A stretch of 54,943 nucleotides of DNA. Origin: Octopus bimaculoides (Eukaryota). Below are positions 51,001-54,943 of this stretch, piece by piece. How positions within the stretch are numbered: the stretch's first letter is position 1; every line of letters starts with the position of its first letter. The stretch is from the NCBI RefSeq assembly GCF_001194135.2, contig NC_068983.1, forward strand, positions 20,075,462 through 20,130,404. Reading direction: 5' to 3'. The notes under the pieces are model-generated. The model was not told the origin of the DNA. It did not search any database and saw nothing but the letters and a program-made list of their open reading frames with translations. The position numbers and the translations under genes were made by a program.

Positions 51001-52255
51001 ATTGAATGAGTGTGTCCAGGATGGTACAGTCCCTGCGTGGATGGTGACTAGGGGGATAACACTTATAATGAAATAGGAATATTGTTGGAATATTGTTGCC
51101 TAAACATAATCTGGAAGATACTTGCTGGAATATGTGCGGTATAGACATATACTTTCCTGGTACAGGACGAAATACTACCAAGGATACGAAAAGGATGTAC
51201 GAAGAGTTCTCAGAGTTCTAAGGATTACCTGGTCATCGATAAAGAAGTTTTGAGACATTGTAGAAAAACATCAAACAAACATGTCTATGGCTTGGATTAA
51301 CTTTAAGAAGGCATCTGATATGATGCCTCATTCTTGGATCGTTGAATGACTGCAGATGTTTGGTGTTGCTGACAACATCACAAATTTTCTGATGCATTGC
51401 ATGAAAGAGTAGAAAACCAAATTGTACTCAAGTAATGTATTCCTTGGAGAAGTTAATATTAAAAGGGAACCTTCCAAAGTGACTCTTTTTCTCCGTAACG
51501 TTTTGTAATTGCACTAATACCCATTGCAATGATGACACTTATGAAAGTTAAGATGGGTTACCGATGTGGGAAGCAAGGCCCATCATTGAGCCATCTTCTG
51601 TTTATTGATGACCTGAAATTGGGAAATCTGAAAAACAGATACATCCCTTAACCAAAACAGTCCAGAAGTGTGGTAGGGACATCGGTANNNNNNNNNNCCT
51701 TCCAAAGTGACTCTTTTTCTCCGTAACGTTTTGTAATTGCACTAATACCCATTGCAATGATGACACTTATGAAAGTTAAGATGGGTTACCGATGTGGGAA
51801 GCAAGGCCCATCATTGAGCCATCTTCTGTTTATTGATGACCTGAAATTGGGAAATCTGAAAAACAGATACATCCCTTAACCAAAACAGTCCAGAAGTGTG
51901 GTAGGGACATCGGTATAGAATTTGCGATTACCAAATGCTCAGTATTTAATAAGAAAAGAAGGAAGAAAGCAGCCTGCAGAGGATTGCTGTTACCATCATG
52001 AGAAACCATGGTTGAACCCGACGGTAGTAGGTATAGATATTTAGGGATTTTGGTGCTGGATGACATTCTACATAGAGAAATGGAAGTCAAGGTTAGCGAG
52101 GCATATAAAAAAGATGAAGATGGTGTTGAAATCCAACCTCAATGTCAAAAATTTGATTACCGCAATGAATATCTAGAAAGGTTACAGTGGTCAAGTATAG
52201 TGCCTCCATCTTCAAATGGACGAAGAGTCAATCTTTACGTCATTAATTCAGTAGC
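51001..52255 (+). pseudogene. R4/Dong-clade non-LTR retrotransposon reverse-transcriptase fragment, decayed
   Basis: KGCTKSSQSSKDYLVIDKEVL...MSMAWINFKKASDMMPHSWIVE*LQMFGVADNI...FQSDSFSP...SHLLFIDDLKL...YRYLGIL...INSVAV; stops and frameshifts; 218 bp duplicated across a 10-N gap. Confidence 0.9.
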
Positions 52256-52579
52256 AGTGCGTCTTCTAAGCACCTCTACAAGGTCACTAGCTAGCCTCCA
52301 TCCAGATTAGAATTATCTTTCTCTATTTCGGGCCAATGCCTTATCAGTTTTAATCTAATAATCCTTTTCAAGACCAAACACTGCAGCTGTTGACAATTAC
52401 TCCTATCAACTCCCGCTTTATAAGTTCTCTAGTCGGGCCTTTAAAAGCTTGCACCCCAGGAAAAAGGCATTTATTTCAAGTAATCATGCTTACTGAGGCC
52501 TGCTGTCTTTGCTGTAAGCTTTGCTGATATTTAATTTCTACATCTTTTTTAATTCATCCGTAAATATAACTCTCTAGTA

Positions 52580-52801
52580 TAGTGTTTCTGAACCATTTTA
52601 TGCCTGTGGGCTCCTTTGATTTCAAAGTCCTAATAAAATTCAATCATATTTCTATAATAAAATATTATTAGTAATTGCATTAAAAAGTTGTTAAAATATT
52701 TTGTGCATTGTAGAAGTATAACCGATTTATTGCTGGTAAATGTTAACAACAAAATTTTGTGGACTCATATGGTCTATAAGGACCCCTGTGGTAAGCTACT
52801 G
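52580..52801. mobile_element. hAT-like MITE
   Basis: tagtgtttctgaacc ... ggtaagctactg termini; internal similarity to 24513-24780. Confidence 0.6.
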
Positions 52802-52887
52802 TTCTAGTGGGTTTTGTTCTATGTAGAACAACTTAGCTTTCTGAGATACACTGCGACTCTAACAATTATATTTCCTTCTGCACTCAC

Positions 52888-53015
52888 AGTCATGTATAAC
52901 ATCCAGATGACTTTGACCTGTTCGGGAATCATCGAGATCTGTTTGCTCATGCGCAATTCATCCAACACGTTGTTCGTCTGTGTTACTTCTACATGCATCA
53001 ACTGTCCATACTGTA
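52888..53015 (-). CDS. Candidate exon (128 nt, phase 1->0): (V)QYGQLMHVEVTQTNNVLDELRMSKQISMIPEQVKVIWMLYMT
   Basis: Acceptor ttcatcttttgcAG, donor ACT|GTGAGT, one open frame, higher-complexity sequence. No recognisable homology. Confidence 0.25.
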
Positions 53016-53995
53016 CTGCAAAAGATGAACCTAGCAAAGGTTGATGTCGTACTAATGCAACTCCTTGTATTTCGTCCCTCAATATATTTCAGCATAAGGC
53101 TTTTTATGTTGTACCTGTACCAGTTGATTTCTTACTTCGTTCTCAAACTTTAAGACTAGACTCGTATTTCCAAACACATTTTTCCGATCAAATCTTACAA
53201 GTCACATAATTTTACTGACATGCTTTTCCGACATTAACTTTTCCCGGAAGATGACTCACGTTCATCGCTTCCCTCTGGCTTGCAATACTAGCAAATAATA
53301 TAATGCCGTTGCTGAGTTCGTAATTGCAATTTATATTGTCTCCAAATGTCTTCGATTATTACATCGCCATTTTTATTGTGTAGTTTTTGATGTGCAAATA
53401 TTCGTTTTCATCACTCTTTCAGCTCATTCAATATTCATGATTTTTTTTTCTGTGTGCTTAATATTTAAAAATAAATTGTTTCCTTTCAAACCTTTTTCCG
53501 GGCAGTTGTGTATTTGCTACTACCAGATTTCCGGCTAACATCTGCTTCAACCTCTCCGGGGGGGAAACCATTGTAAAACGAAATTTTTTAAAATGTACAA
53601 ATTGTCAAAAAATGTCAAAGACAAAAATTTGTTTTATCTCAGCTTAAGTTAAGAGAGGCGGATTCTCAAAGGATGTGAAGACCTTTGTTGACAAAATGGA
53701 AGAAAAAAATATTTCCACCGGATTCAACGTTGCAAATCAAAGCCTTCCAGAGAGCTTTGTTAGTCACATTTTCTTAGCACAAACAACAAGAGAAGCAGCA
53801 GCAGCAGCAAGAATGATGATGATGATGATGATGAAAACAACAACGACAACAATAACAATAACTACAGCAAAAACAATAACTACAGCAAAAACAAATATTA
53901 CTATTTGTTTTCATTATTATCATTATTATTGTTTTACTTCTCAGAACGCCCGGTTTTATCAATTCTGGTATATTCTGTTTGGGGGGACAGCAGCC

Positions 53996-54022
53996 TGCTA
54001 TTATTATTATTATCATTATTAC

Positions 54023-54064
<42 letters not shown>

Positions 54065-54560
54065 CATTATTATTATTATACTTTGATACTTGGTTATTAG
54101 TTATCGTGTAAGACATTCGACATCCAAGTACCAATTTCAAAATCCTATCTGTCTTCACCAGAGCAGTTCTGGATGGTTGCTCCACTCTCATGTCAACTCC
54201 GATTTCTCTGACATATTTCTCGAACGTGGTTGCTCATGCTCCGAATGCTCCTACAACTATTAGAATGATAGATTCTTTCCTCATAGTCCACAATCTTACT
54301 ATTTCGTCTTTTAGTAGTTGTACTTTTCAATATTTTTTTTTAGTTCTTTGTCACTTATGCGTGGAACCCCAGGTACTGCAGTATCTATAACCTTCGTTTC
54401 ATTTTTTTTCCTTTATCTACCACAACAATATCTGGTCTCCGAGCCTCGATTAGAGAACAAAGTTATCTTATATTCCGTGTTCTCGGTAACTTCTTCTGGT
54501 TAATGTTCGTGCCATTTCCGTGCTCTGTCCAGGCCGTACTTTACACATAGCCTCTAGTGG
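53996..54560 (-). mobile_element. R4/Dong-clade 3' fragment (restriction-like endonuclease region) with (AAT)n tail
   Basis: EIVRLWTMRKESIILIVVGAFGA*ATTFEKYVREIGVDMRVEQPSRTALVKTDRILKLVLGC, short 3' UTR, tail at 53996-54078. Confidence 0.85.
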
Positions 54561-54561
54561 T

Positions 54562-54562
<1 letters not shown>

Positions 54563-54599
<37 letters not shown>

Positions 54600-54943
54600 T
54601 AGTTTTATTTTTATAACGTGCTTTCACTTCACTACCGAGCGCAGCTCTGTGCGCCTTGGGTATGTGCTGTGGTTTGCTGTGGTGCTCTTATGTTTACTGT
54701 ATTGAAAGTGTTTTGCGTAGAATGTGTGCAGTACCCAGTAGTGCAATTTTCTGTATGTTATATATATTTGTAAGTCCTGGTGTTTTTGTTATGTATTTGT
54801 CTGAATATTTTTTTATTATACCTAAGGCACCTACTATGATAGGAATTGTTTCTGTTTTTAGATTCCACATTCGAGTTATCTCTATTTCCAGGTCTTTGTA
54901 TTTTGAAAGTTTTTCCATTTCTTTTAGAGAAACGTTGTCATCT
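54563..54943 (-). mobile_element. Second, younger R4/Dong-clade 3' end running off the window, with (AAT)n tail
   Basis: Uninterrupted EKLSKYKDLEIEITRMWNLKTETIPIIVGALGIIKK...IQKIALLGTAHILRKTL (54694-54918), ~95-bp 3' UTR, tail 54563-54595. Confidence 0.93.

Noticed and set aside
51470-51915. Exact 218-bp tandem duplication within the Dong RT
   Set aside because: The copies flank a 10-N gap (51688-51697), the typical signature of unmerged overlapping contig ends; treated as an assembly artefact.

Overview
AT-rich eukaryotic genomic DNA, most likely Octopus. The inference rests on tRNA-derived SINE families resembling the octopus OR/OK types, extreme microsatellite density, and 16 N-gaps that mostly sit inside or beside microsatellites, as in a short-read assembly. 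No host protein-coding gene can be called with confidence. Almost all ORFs in the supplied track are microsatellite or N-gap artefacts. The window is a retro/DNA-transposon graveyard containing: (i) two Penelope-like (PLE) coding relics, one being an RT-thumb/linker/GIY-YIG 3' half split by a SINE with a target-site duplication, plus a PLE-type hammerhead-ribozyme core enclosed by 29-bp inverted repeats; (ii) three R4/Dong-clade non-LTR fragments tied to (AAT)n repeats; (iii) a near full-length Tc1, a maT/DD37D-like element, two mariner pieces, a Helitron Rep fragment, hAT-like and TA-flanked MITEs; (iv) four SINE families, which show 3'-tail swapping and shared modules. It also has many fold-back structures, a few low-confidence candidate exons on both strands and one 37-aa hydrophobic smORF. 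Family assignments come from recognising translated motifs by eye; no database search was run.
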